Below, one piece after another: positions 39,395-51,184 of a stretch of DNA of 64,000 bases. The notes under the pieces were generated by a model. It was given only the letters and a program-made list of their open reading frames with translations, was not told the DNA's origin and searched no databases. A program made the position numbers and the translations under genes. Source of the DNA: Calcarisporiella thermophila CBS 279.70 (lineage: Eukaryota > Fungi > Calcarisporiellomycota); contig NW_027192203.1 of NCBI RefSeq assembly GCF_041956535.1, forward strand, positions 1 to 64,000, given 5' to 3'. The stretch's first letter is position 1. Every line of letters begins with the position of its first letter.

Positions 39395-40330
39395 ATGCCC
39401 TACTGCGCCGTCCCTCCCCAGTATAGCTCCATTCGTAGTCTCCCCCACCTCCCTGCTCAGCCCACCCTGCGTGATCTCTACCCAGCAAACGGGCAGCTCG
39501 CCCCGTCGTTTGCTCCTCTGGCCGACAAGGGGGAGAAGGTCCCGATCATGTTGAAAAGGGCCCAGAAGACCCAGAAGAGGGTGCGGTTTATGCCGGGCGA
39601 GGAGCTGGTACGGGTTCGATACTTCTTGAGGGAGGACGAGCCTCGCCGCTGCCAGAGCGATCGTTGCCCCGATGACCTCGAGAGCGAAAAGGTGGAAGCC
39701 CTCGACGATGCAGTGAGAGAGGAATTTTATCATGGCGCCTGCACTCTAAACAATCCTGTTGCGGTGCGCTCGGTGCGTATTCTCCCCGGCGGACTTGTGG
39801 AGGGCAGCGTCGAAGTGTGGAATCTGGCTTTTGAGAAGCGGGTCTATGTCCACTATTCCTCTGATAATTGGCACACGGTGCGTGAAATCGGCGCAACCCA
39901 CCATTCGCACACGGGCCACACCGACCGCTTTACTTTCGTCATCCAGGGCCGCCAGATCAGGTTTGCAGTGCGCTACGAGGTAGCGGGACAAGTGTTTTGG
40001 GACAACCGCTCTGGGCTGGATTATACCGTGGATGCGCGGCCTCGGGCCCAGCCCCAGCGTTTCGCCGCCCCCGCCAAGCGGACCTTCCTCCTCCCCTCTC
40101 TCCACGCCTCCGACTCCACAGAGGCCCCGCGGGTTAAACGCTCCGTAAGCAAGTACGATCTCGAAGCCTCGCTCTCGATCGCTAAGCAGCAGGCCATGCC
40201 CCGCTCTGCCTCCCTCTCGGTCGTTACCCCATTTCCCCTGAACAAGCAGTTTAGCGGAAAAGAATACACCGAATTCGTGGACAAGTACTGCTTCTACCAG
40301 CCCACCCCTGCCATCGCCAGCGTATTCTAA
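39395..40330 (+). CDS. PP1 glycogen-targeting regulatory subunit (Gac1/PPP1R3-like) with CBM21, 311 aa
   Basis: PP1-docking KRVRF..LVRVRYF; CBM21 GSVEVWNLAFEKRV..SSDNW..FAVRYEV.GQVFWDN..G.DY. Confidence 0.9.
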   Translation: MPYCAVPPQYSSIRSLPHLPAQPTLRDLYPANGQLAPSFAPLADKGEKVPIMLKRAQKTQKRVRFMPGEELVRVRYFLREDEPRRCQSDRCPDDLESEKVEALDDAVREEFYHGACTLNNPVAVRSVRILPGGLVEGSVEVWNLAFEKRVYVHYSSDNWHTVREIGATHHSHTGHTDRFTFVIQGRQIRFAVRYEVAGQVFWDNRSGLDYTVDARPRAQPQRFAAPAKRTFLLPSLHASDSTEAPRVKRSVSKYDLEASLSIAKQQAMPRSASLSVVTPFPLNKQFSGKEYTEFVDKYCFYQPTPAIASVF

Positions 40331-41372
40331 TCTAATGATGCATGAGCTCCCTTTTTTTTCTTCTTCGAGTGTACATATGATTTCTATTCATGGTTTGCTT
40401 GTTTTTTTTTTTCTAAAGACGCTTATTTCTGTTAATTTATCTTTCATCGAGTACTATTTGAATCCTACACCAACCTTGTATTTTCCAAAAAATGGGCTTC
40501 TTTTTGGCTCTGCTCTCTTTGCTGTTTTGTTTTTTTTTTATTTTGTTTTGATTATCTCTCAGCGCTCCATTTGTTGATTTCTATATTGTTTTTTTTTCGC
40601 TTTCTCTCTCCAAAATATTGAAGTATTAAAATGCATTCTCAAAGAGTACTCCTAGCCGTCCCCCCAAACAGCCATGAGTTTACCACTAGCTCAAAAAAAT
40701 GGGGTGCTGTGTCGCCCTCTTCAAGGTTAAGTGTTCCCATCGGGGGTCAGTTTGCCACCGCTTCCCTCATTAGGTTTTTCCAGGCCCGGCTTCTATTTGT
40801 AAGTACCATGGTGAGTTCGACAAATGGGAGAACCCAAGCTTGATCAGGCATACTGCGTTTAAATTTTGAAGAATCATCGTTTCAGAACTCTCTGCAACAG
40901 CATTAATATTTCTATAAAAATACAATATATATTCAAGGATATATATTCTCGAAACCACTTTTACGCTTCTTTGATCTGCAATGAATTCGTTACAATTCAT
41001 ATACTAAATTTTGCATTATTTTATTCACTTTTATATTCATCATGTCGGCTCTCTCCACATCAATTCCTCGTTTTATTTCCCAGATTAGGTCTCGTTTCTT
41101 ACTGTCCTCTTCGAAGTTGAGTCGAAAGCTGTATCATCTACCTCACAGCGTAATGCCTAGTTCGTATACTTTTTTTCATATTATCAACCTCTCCTATTTA
41201 TTGTATACAAGGCTGAAGCGGGGGTAGCCAAACAAACAGACTCAACTCCCACTTTAGAAACAAAGCGAGCAGTTAAACGCAAGAAAGGTAATAATTATTT
41301 AGAAATTTTGAGTTTTGAACTTTTTGGCATTTCGTGGATTCTCGGTTTTATAGTGCCCAAAATTGTTTTGTA

Positions 41373-42426
41373 GAATCTTCTAGGATTGCAGCAAATAGAA
41401 CGCTAAAAAGAAAGAGGAAGAGATAGAAGAAGAAGTTGACGAAGGGTATGATAGTGAGAGGTATATCCAGGTTCGGTATTTAGATGATTCGAAATCGAAC
41501 ATCTTTAAAAGATTTAAGACATTACATCCCAAATATAAAATGTCTAAATCTAAATTTTATTCACTTGTACCCAGCTACTTCAAAAAACCATCCAAATAAA
41601 CAGATATGTGCAAGGTGTGTGTAGAGGGCAAGAAGAACCTTAACAGTTTGCGTCGTCTCCTGCGAAAAGTTCACCATGAATGCACTGGAAGACTTGGTAA
41701 TTTGCGAGAAAGTGCTAAGCAGAGATGAGCGGGACCATATCGAGAGACTTGAAGGAAAAGTCGCAGTTTATGTCTCACACCAAAAGTTCGTTGAGGAGAG
41801 GAAGTTGATGTTTGAGGATGCCGCCAAATCTTAAAGGTGAACGAAAGGCTTCTCATATTCAATTTCAAGGAAAATCTTCACTTGGGAGGTGGGCCGGTCG
41901 AGACGTGGAAAGTGTTCTTTTCGAAGAAGCAGCGCTCTTGTCTGGGAACGGTATTGCTTTCTCCCGATGGGAAGAAAGAATACTTTGATTTCTTCTCGGA
42001 TATCCTGAGTCATGACGTTAAGGATTGCCTTGAAGTGCTCTTTTCGAAACTTTCGCTTAGTGAAGTCGACACCCTTGAAATTTGGACAGACTGTGGCCCT
42101 CACTTCAGGTGCCAAGAGTTGACCCAGTATCTACTCAATGAATTTCCGTCCAAATACAGTAAAAAGGTGCGATGGAATTTTTTCGCGGAATACCATGGCA
42201 AGAGCTGGTTCAAGAGTCATTTTGGATTTCTTTCGCGCTGGTTCTCTTCAATTGAGTCCACGGTAAATACAAACTCTGTAATAGATTTAATATCTTTATT
42301 TGAAGACCGTTTGGAGTCGACCAAAAATGGCAGAGCACTAGAGGAATAACCTTCGATAGAGTTTTTCAATTATGAAAGGGCCCAAAGAGCGGAGACACTC
42401 AAGGTTTTGTCGATCAAAAACCTTTC
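41373..42426 (+). mobile_element. Degenerate Sola-like DNA transposase relic
   Basis: RYL..FK..HP.YKMSKSKFY.L.P...K*TDMCKVC, then EIWTDCGPHFR and WNFFAEYHGKS..SHFG, which from memory resemble Sola2 transposases; contains stops and frameshifts. Confidence 0.65.
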
Positions 42427-42445
42427 TACAAGAATATGAGAAATT

Positions 42446-42895
42446 GAAATGTTTTCGATCGACAAAATCTTGAGTGTCTCCGGTCTTTGGGCCCTTTCAT
42501 AATTGAAAAACTTTATCGAGAGTTGGGTCTCTGGTGCTCTGCCATTGTTGGTTGCTTCCAAGCAGTCTTCAAATGAAGTAATCAAGTCTTTAAAGAGTTT
42601 GTTCCTACCGTGGATTCAATTGAAGAGAACCAGCGCGAAAGAAGTCCAAAATGACTCTTGAACTAGCTCTTGCCATGGTATTCCGCGAAAAATTTCCATC
42701 GCACCTCTTTAATGTATTTGGACGGAAATTTGAGAAGATACTGGGCTATTTCCCAACCCCTGAAGTGTGGGCCGCAGTCCTTCCAAATTTCAAGGGTGTC
42801 GACTTCACTAAGAGAAATTTTCGAAAAAAGGTAATCCTTGACGCTAGGCAATCCTTGACATAAAGTGCATCATGGCTTAAAATATCCGAGAAGAA
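42446..42895 (-). mobile_element. Second, inverted partial copy of the same transposase relic
   Basis: Its reverse complement aligns with about 41990-42426 (EVDTLEIWKDCGPHFR..WKFFAEYHGKS*FKSH; NYERAQRPETLK). Confidence 0.8.
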
Positions 42896-43097
42896 CTTGT
42901 CAATCGAAAAGTTTTCGACCTTCTTCTCGTTGTCTATGACCCTTAGACAGTGAACATATTTTATTCGGTTAACCGCATATTCTTAAAAGACTTTGCTGCG
43001 CCAGAGTTTTCGATTTCTTAGCGGTTTTGATAGACGCGTGAATTTTACTAATCCAGCAAAACTGATTCGAAATTCCATATTAAAATATTCCATATAA

Positions 43098-43144
43098 TAG
43101 TGGTAGCCATATTTTTTTTTTATCAATCTAGTGGTAGCCATATT
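43098..43144. repeat. 16-bp direct repeat TAGTGGTAGCCATATT x2
   Basis: Exact copies at 43098-43113 and 43129-43144. Confidence 0.8.
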
Positions 43145-43198
43145 GCTAAAGTTGCAGTATTTCGTGTAAAAATTTTACAATTTTGTGTAAATAATTAG

Positions 43199-45383
43199 AT
43201 CCTGCCGATTCATCTAGAAATCATCTTGACCCAGTTTTGGAGGGCGCAAAAACAAATAATGGTCTAGTTATGAATTTTCCTGAATGGATAGAGATAAATC
43301 TTGGCCCAGATTCGTTAATACCGGACGCTGCAGTCGGTGAATTGGAACCTTCCTCCAAAAATAGCGTGAATCTCCTACATCTGCCTGTTATGAGCGAAAT
43401 TGAGGATTTACTTGATATAGCTGAAAATCGCCAGATAAAAAATGCAATTAGAGGACCCGCTGGAACAGGTAAATCGTGTCTCATGCTTTATGCTGTTTTC
43501 CAAGCACGGAAAAGAGGTTGGTTGGTGATGTATATTCCTCAAGGTAATTTACCTTAATCAACGTCGAAATTGAATTAATTGCTGATTTTGCCTAGCCAAG
43601 CGTTTAATGGATAAAGAGCATACCATTAGCACCATTTGGGATATTTTTGATACTCAGTTGAGAATGTCAAAAAATCGATTGAAAGATGCAGCCGATGTTG
43701 ATCGCGGAGCTAAAGGAGCATTTAAGTTACTTGAAAAATTTGAGCTCAATGAACCAACCACTGAGGAAGACTGTATATCACTCTTCCTACTCTATGTAAA
43801 TTACCTTAGAAGAATTAGAAGGTAATCAAGAAAATATTTCGCACTTTTTGCGCACAAGTTCAATTTGTTGTACTCCTCTCTCCTTTGCCGTTCTTTATCT
43901 AGTATTCCAGTCCTAATCGCAATCGACCAGTGGAATGCCTTCATTGAAAAGGCTAGCAACAATATCTCCGATCATCCCATCGCAAGGCATTTTGGAAGCT
44001 TTTCTAATTTTTCAGTCAATTTAGGCCTTTACCTTGTTGCAGTCTCTTCATCGTTAATTAAGATGGGATTTCCGGATGTTGACGACCAGTTGTCAACATT
44101 TACTTCAAAACTTGGAGATCAAGAATTACATTTTCTTATCCAACATCTTCTTGAAATATACCAGATGGATTTTAGTAGACTCCTTGTTTCTATTTGGAAT
44201 GTAACTAAATAATACCCCTAAATAGGTTTATATTTTACCAAGGTATAACTTTTGAATTATTTGAGCAAGTCAAGAAGGAAACGGGCAACATTGTCCGTAA
44301 TGTTTGTAGATTATTTAGAATTTTTAGGTACTTTTATGTTTTTACATTGGCTAACACCAGCTAATTTTCCTTTGCAATCGACAGGCGAAGACAAAGAGGT
44401 CAAGGAAGTGAAACGGTAGCATCTGGTCTTATACCGGAAAAAGTACTTGAGACCCTTGATTTTGAATTGCGAGAGTACTATGCGGGTCGAATACAGAGTC
44501 TACTAGCTCGTCATGTCGACGATCTTACACGAATATCCGAATTACAATTCATAGCACGCATTATTGTAGGAGAAGTTGTCTCATTTAACCTTCGTGGTAA
44601 AAGGTTTGAGGCTGCCGGACTTATCAGCAATGACGGCACCATTGTTTGCCGTCAAGCTAGAGAGGCCATCTTATCTGTATTCAACGTACAAAGACGACAG
44701 CTTATCAGAGATTTGGTAAGAATATGGCTTTTTATATATTTATTTGACTTACAAAAATATTCGTACAGGCGTCATTCCCGCAAACTTCCTGGTATTCTCA
44801 CGAAGTTGCCTTTTTTTCCGCCTTCCAGCCATATGGAAAATCGGCCATTCTACCTGTGAAGAGCCCAATGGGAAACCCTTTGCCAGAAGAGGTGGCACTA
44901 AAATTTCGTCGTGTACGGCAGCAAGAGCACACACCTAAGGTTGAAGTAGACATAGCTTGTAACAAACTAGAGTTGGGTGATCTTTTGATCCTCTCGATAG
45001 GGCACATAACCTTAGATTTTGTTGGGCTTACATTTGACGAATTACTGATTTTGGGCCAGATATCGCTTGAAAAATATGATGGTTTGAGGCATAATTTCTG
45101 GAATCTATTTGAGAAAAAAATCGGAGATCTCTCTATGGTCAATTTTTACAGAAGATGTGCTGGAAAGCCTTTATTAAATCAAGAGCAAAAGTCGCTTCCT
45201 CAAGATACAATTTACCTGTATATAACGACATCAACTAAATATGCCTCCAGGCGTTCAAAAGCGGCCAATGATCCCGTGCTTATAGTTGATGGCATGGTTT
45301 TAGCAAACATGTTTAGCTATCCTCGCGAGCTCATTCCAGATGATATTCAATCTTCTACTCATAAGCGACAACGACGAAATTAG
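43199..45383 (+). CDS. Crinkler/RHS-like P-loop NTPase plus putative restriction-endonuclease-fold protein; 5' end unclear, possibly a pseudogene
   Basis: Walker A GPAGTGKS, Walker B VLIAIDQWN, TGNIVR, C-terminal LDFVG..LILGQISL; introns 43544-43595, 43822-43902, 44328-44384 and 44716-44768 are in frame, but the junction near 44165-44226 does not splice in frame. Confidence 0.6.
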
Positions 45384-46715
45384 TATGATTTAAATCTTAA
45401 ATACAAAGCATGGTATACGAGGCAGAGAAAAGTAATGCATAATTGTAACCATTAATTTACCTGATTAAATGCTTGGATTATTTTACCAGTATCTCTAAAT
45501 AGGTTTGCTTAAAGTGACCCCCCAAAACTTTGTTACACCTTTATAACTTGTATATTGAACTTGAAATATTCCTTCATAAACAACCTGAATATATGAAAGT
45601 TTCATACCATTGGAAATCTCACTCTCGCCGCTATTCTCCAGTATATAATGCCCTTTAATTACTTTCCTCTCGAAAAATATTAATTTTTCTCACTAAATTT
45701 CATTTTTATTAATCGAAAAATTCATGTTTTCTTTCTCCACAGACCCATTATATTAAATAGCCAAGATTTAGAATAAATAATGTACACACTGACTATAACT
45801 TCATATGGCAACCTTTAACTTTAATAACGCCTTGAATATGCTCTACCGCCGTATTGTTCAACTTGAAACAATCGTCCTTTGTGAACAACTCCCAAACGAT
45901 ATTTACTCTTTCACACTGATATCCCTGTCCCGTTTTCTTTTGGAATCTTCTCTTCAGTTATCTCTCGTAGCGGGACGAAACACTCGAGCATACCTCTTTT
46001 AAACGAATGGTAAAGAATTGAGCAATACTTAACAGTTGCCCTTTATAGGTGAGAGATTATGAAATATCCTTTAAATATATCTTTCAATTCTTCCGCGGAG
46101 CAATTTGCAAAAAAAAAAACTAAGTACTAAACTGTGGAACAAACCGAGGAATCTAAGTGGGAAATGATGTCATAGTGGATATAAAAGCAAGATATGAAAG
46201 ATATATGAATTATATATAGCGGGTATAAAATTTTGATGATGAAAAGCTGAGAAATGCGGAAAGCTTTCGAGAGTTATTTGCTCTTATTTAAAGTTATTAA
46301 TAGTTGCAGATGATTCTGATATTCTGCCTATTAAATTTTAAATTCCAAAATTGATTATGTCTAATCAGATTTGGAATCTCCCAAATTAGGAATGGGTTTC
46401 CAAGCGTGGAGCGTGAAATAAAGTCGAATAGTGATCGGCCATCTATGGAAAGCGTCATCTCTTTTTTCGTTTGAAATCGGTATAGAGTCCGAGGGTTGGG
46501 AAGAGAAGTGCGCAGTAATTCAGAGATGATCGGAAATCAGATACATTCGGGACGGCTTATATCATGTTTGTTTTATTACAAAAAAAAAAAGAGAGAAAAG
46601 AAAATAAAGTATTTTTGTATTGCAGTTTGATGGTAGGAGGGACGAAAAGATGAAAATATAGTACAAATAAACAAGTATATATATATGAAGTGAGATGTTC
46701 AAGGGTTCCATCCTC

Positions 46716-48143
46716 TCAAGTAACCTGCTCTCCGCTGGTGACCATCTCATGTCCGTCTGCTTTGGAGGCCTTGCGTCCGACTCTCTCTCCGTTGACCATC
46801 TTCTTTCTTCCTTCGGTGGCGAAATCCCCAAACCCGTCGGGAACGCCACGTGCATGGGGCTGATCCGCGCGGTGCACGTAGGCATTCAGTACGGTCGACC
46901 AGATATACTCGTGCTCAAGCACCCGCCGCAACGTGCGAAACGCCTCGAGATTTGCATACGGGACCCCTGTTTTGGGATCCTTGTAGCGCGCGACTTGCCC
47001 AGTGATGGGACAGAGGGTCGGCCCGCGTTGCCCTATTGGAATGGAAGGACGACGTTAAGACAGCCCATCAAGCTATAGAAAGAGGGCCGAGAGCCGCGCA
47101 GGTAGAGTCTTACGTTTTGTCACGGGGAAGAGGGGCGGGAGACGCTCCAACCCCTCGAATATCACCCAATTTCTCGCCCGGCAATGCGCCTCCTCCACCT
47201 CGTACTTAAAGTACCATCGCTGAACCTCCTCATCCACCTCCCGCACCACATTCCGACCCCCATTGCCCTCATCGATCACCATGACCCTCCGATGCTTCAG
47301 CTGGCCCCGATCTCCATCCGTCCGCGACAGGATTCGGACAAATGGCCCGTGGATCCGATGGACCTCTTTCCGCTTCGCCTTTTTGCGCTTCTCCGCCTCC
47401 ATCTCCTGGAATGCGGTCAGGGACGCCCGGTTCATCTCCTCCGTCTTTTTGGCCTCCTCTAGGAGTTGTTCTTGCGTGAGCGAGGGAGCTACCACGCGCT
47501 CACGCTTGGGCTGGGAGGCAAGGCGTTTCATCCGCACCTCCATCTCTCGCTCAATCCGCTGACGATCCTGAATAGTGGTGGAGCGCTGCGATTTACGGAC
47601 CGCGCTGAGCGTCGGCTTCCCTGGAGCGGCGAAAATAGGGGAAAGGGTTAGCATTTCTAGGTCAAACCGGGGGGGGGGATTATCCTAAAAGGCGCATATA
47701 GCCATACCTCTCAGGTGCGGTGGTCGTCGCGGGGTTGAGGCGCTAGACGTACTTACTACTGAAACCTCGCTCGCCACACGCTTCTCATCTTCTCTTGGTT
47801 TCTTGATCTTCTTTAATCTCTCTGGAAACACCACCCGCCTCTTCTTCTCCACCTGTTCTGCCTCGGCTTGGGCCGCGGCCTCTTCCACAATGCGCTCCTC
47901 CTCTTCATCTGTGCTCTCGAAATCCGAATCGACGATGTCTGCTTCTTCCTCCTTGATCTGAAACTCTTCATCGTTCTCCACCTCTTGGAACATGTCCTCC
48001 AGCTCGACCTCTTGATCAAGCAATGATCGGAGCCTAATTCGAAAGAAGATGAGTAAGGCCGGCTATGCAACGGCTGGAGAAGAAAGAGCATCGCACCTGT
48101 TTCCAGCATTAGCTCGCCTCTCACGTCCTGAAGCGAGCGACAT
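46716..48143 (-). CDS. VPS72: SWR1 complex subunit Vps72/Swc2/YL1, multi-exon
   Basis: RERRANAGNR N-terminus, acidic DSDF, LTQEQLLEEAKKTEEMN..SL, and YL1_C LCPITGQVARYKDPKTGVPYAN. Confidence 0.93.
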
Positions 48144-48474
48144 CGTGGTTGATTTAGGAGAGATCGATCCCTGGAGACGATCAAGTCTTTTTTTTTTAAT
48201 TCTGCCAATATCAAACAAGCCACCAAGCAGTTTAGCCATTTGTTTTTTTCGTTGCTCCACAAGTAGTTGCGTGTGACACAGCGAGCACAACCACTCTAAG
48301 CTTCAAAAAGAACGCGGGAGAATAATAGAGAAAAGAATCGTGGCATTACACTAGGGTGGGGCATAATTGATTTATCGGTGACTAATAATTTCTCACAACT
48401 GTCATCGCACAATTCATTATAAAGTTTAACGTTCTCCTCGAGTCCTCCCCCCCATTTCAATTCGAACCTTAAAT

Positions 48475-50129
48475 ATGACGGTGGAGGACACGAAAAGAGA
48501 GACTCTTTGCGATGCTGAATTGCGGCCTCTGCCTTCCGACTCCAGCCAGTCCACGCGAGCTGGTGCAGAGGAGAACGGCAAAGATCAGCTGTGCGACCCC
48601 AACCATGCTGATCAGCTTGATTCTACCGCTGAAGCTCGACTCTCAGGAATGCATCCGGCCGACCGCCCCGATCTTGATGCCGATGCAGACACCCCCGCAA
48701 CCCCAACCCCCATCACTGCCCTAGCAGACGACACGACCAGTCAACCTGATGATAGCGCATCAGGAGTGCAGGAGGATATCTTTGCGCCGTCGGCTGTGCG
48801 CGGGAATGTGAATGACGAGGGAGGCGCAGGGATAGCCGCCTTGCATAGAGAGACCCCTCTGCTCTACTCCGTGCCCCTGTCCAAAAAGGCCGGCTGGTAA
48901 GCTCACGCTTGATATAGAAGAGGGGCTGGCGAGCTAACTGTGTTCCTCTGGATAGTAATGTATGGCTGAAGCTGGAGAATTTGCAGCCGTCGGGATCCTT
49001 TAAAATCAGGTACCTCTCTCTTGAATTGCCCTTCCTCCTCTGCTGCTTCTGCTGACTTACTCACCCTCTCTGTGCCCTTTGGCAGAGGTATTGGTCACCT
49101 TTGCATGAATGCTTACAAGAAGTATGGCCCCGGCACCCACTTTATCAACTCCTCAGGAGGGAACGCAGGACTTGCCACCGCGTATGCGGCGCGCCAGCTG
49201 GGATGTGCGGCCACGATCGTGGTACCCCTTTCCACCAGCCAGATGATGATCCAGAAAATCGAGCAGGAGGGCGCCAAGGTCATCCCGCACGGGGAGGTGT
49301 GGGACGAAGCCGATCAGAAGGCTCGCGAGATGGTTCAAGAAGACGCGTGTGGCGTCTACGTACCCCCCTTCGACCACCCGGACATCTGGGCTGGAAACGC
49401 AACCATGATGGAGGAGGTGAAGGAGCAGCTGGGGATGGTTCCGGACGCGGTGGTTTGCACGGTAGGCGGAGGCGGTCTTATGAACGGGGTCATTTTAGGA
49501 ATGCGAGAAGTCGGTTGGAAAAACGGTGAGTACCCGGGTCTTTGTGGGAGATCTCTGCAGCTTCGGCTCTTGTCCACCGCTGCCACTTTCTCCTCCTCCC
49601 CCCCGCTGAGTTCTCACTCTCTGTCCCATTGCCCTCAGTGCCGGTGGTGGCCGTCGAAACGCATGGGGCCAACTCTTTCCAGGCCAGTGTTCTCGCCAAG
49701 CGCCTGGTGACCCTGGACAAGATCCACAGCATCTGCACCACGCTGGGGGCCAAGACCGTGAGCGCCAAGTCGCTCGAGCTCTCCCGGATCCATCCGGTGG
49801 TTCCTTTTGCGGTGAACGATGCAATGGCCGCGGACGCGAGCAGGCTGTTTGCGGACGATCACCTGATGCTCGTTGAGTCCTCGTGCGGCGCCGGCCTCTC
49901 CCTCTTCTACTCGGGGGTCGTGAAGGACGCTTTCCCGGGGTGGAGCGAGCGGGCCAACGTCGTGTGCGTCGTGTGTGGAGGCAACATCGTGAACCTCGAC
50001 ATTCTGCAGGAGTATAGGAAGAAGTACAGCAATCCGCACGTGATTGTCCGGAGCGGGAAGGGCATGTTCTTGAAGATGTGCAGCTCCCCGATTGAGAAGT
50101 CTGAAGGCGAAGGAGAAAAGGTTAACTAA
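48475..50129 (+). CDS. PLP-dependent L-serine/threonine dehydratase (CHA1/SDS family), 4 exons
   Basis: ETPLL..KLENLQPSGSFKIRG (PLP Lys), SSGGNAGLA, PPFDHP, VGGGGL, VCGG; introns 48897-48955, 49010-49085 and 49526-49638. Confidence 0.93.
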
Positions 50130-51184
50130 CGGTTAGAGGGCAGTTTTGCACCCCCCCCCCACTCCCATCCCTCCCACTTTGTGCCTCGTCACCCACGACT
50201 TGTATTTCCTTCTGCCAGATATGTTTGGCCACTGAATCCCTTGTTTAGACTCAATCTATGATATCTGTATTCTTTTTATTTCCAATTTTGTTTTATCGGA
50301 ATGAGCTGATTACTAGAAGTAAAGTGCAGTATCTGCAGTCTCGAATTGGAGACAAGCGTCACTGATTTGATTTCAAATCGGCATTCCACTCTCGTGTGTC
50401 ACTCTATGTAATGTGCTGTATATCGGTCAAAGAGGACGCCGCGGAGCACGAACTTGCCGTGACGTCTCTTTCCCACGCTGAGCCGGTTCCTTGCGGCAGT
50501 TTTGGCGTATCTCTAGCGAGGAGCGCAGATTTCGGGCCAGAGTGGGAGGCAACAGAGTAAAGAGAGAGAGAGCTCTGTGAGCTTCACGTCAAGTTCAAGA
50601 CATGAGCATTAGTGGCGAAATGCGAATAGAGTGATTTTGTGGTCGCGTAGAGTTTGCCATACCTGCTGAAAACTGTGGGACACAAACAGTTGGCGGGTAT
50701 CGATTGCATGCAACCTACAATTTGACATCCTAACAATCATCCAGCGGGGCGAAAACTTTCTCACTTGCTGATGACGTGTACTCGAGTCTTAAAAAATAGC
50801 AACCCTGAACGTTTTCCACGACCCTATTTTTTTGCGGTCTATTTCAACCCTCCTCATTCCATAATCTTTCTTTGATTTGATTCCATTTCATTTTTTTAAT
50901 TTGCGATTTTGCATTCATTATCAGAGATTGAGTGATCTTTTGTTTTAAATTTTTTCTTTGCACGAAGAGTAAGTGATGTGTTTCCTCTATTTAGCTCCTT
51001 GCGATTCGACCCATTCTTGTAGCTGATGTATTCGCGAAAATGCCCGTGTATTAAAATACTATTTTTTTTTTCTTCTAGCCTTGGATTCCCTCTGTGGAGT
51101 TTGATCGAATAAAAGAAATCCCTTTCAAATACATCCCTCCGCCCTCTGCCATTCCTCCTCCAATTATAAACCCCCTGTATAATA

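Noticed and set aside
43237-44212. DAP3/Rsm23 mitoribosomal protein assignment for the P-loop gene
   Set aside because: Similarity is limited to Walker A/B; the extra C-terminal domain and the AT-rich TE context fit a Crinkler-like gene better
50320-50370. SECIS-like hairpin on the minus strand (GTGA..AA..GA) downstream of a TGA-containing frame
   Set aside because: The AA-to-GA spacing is only about 12 nt, the stem is too short, and there is no selenoprotein motif around the TGA
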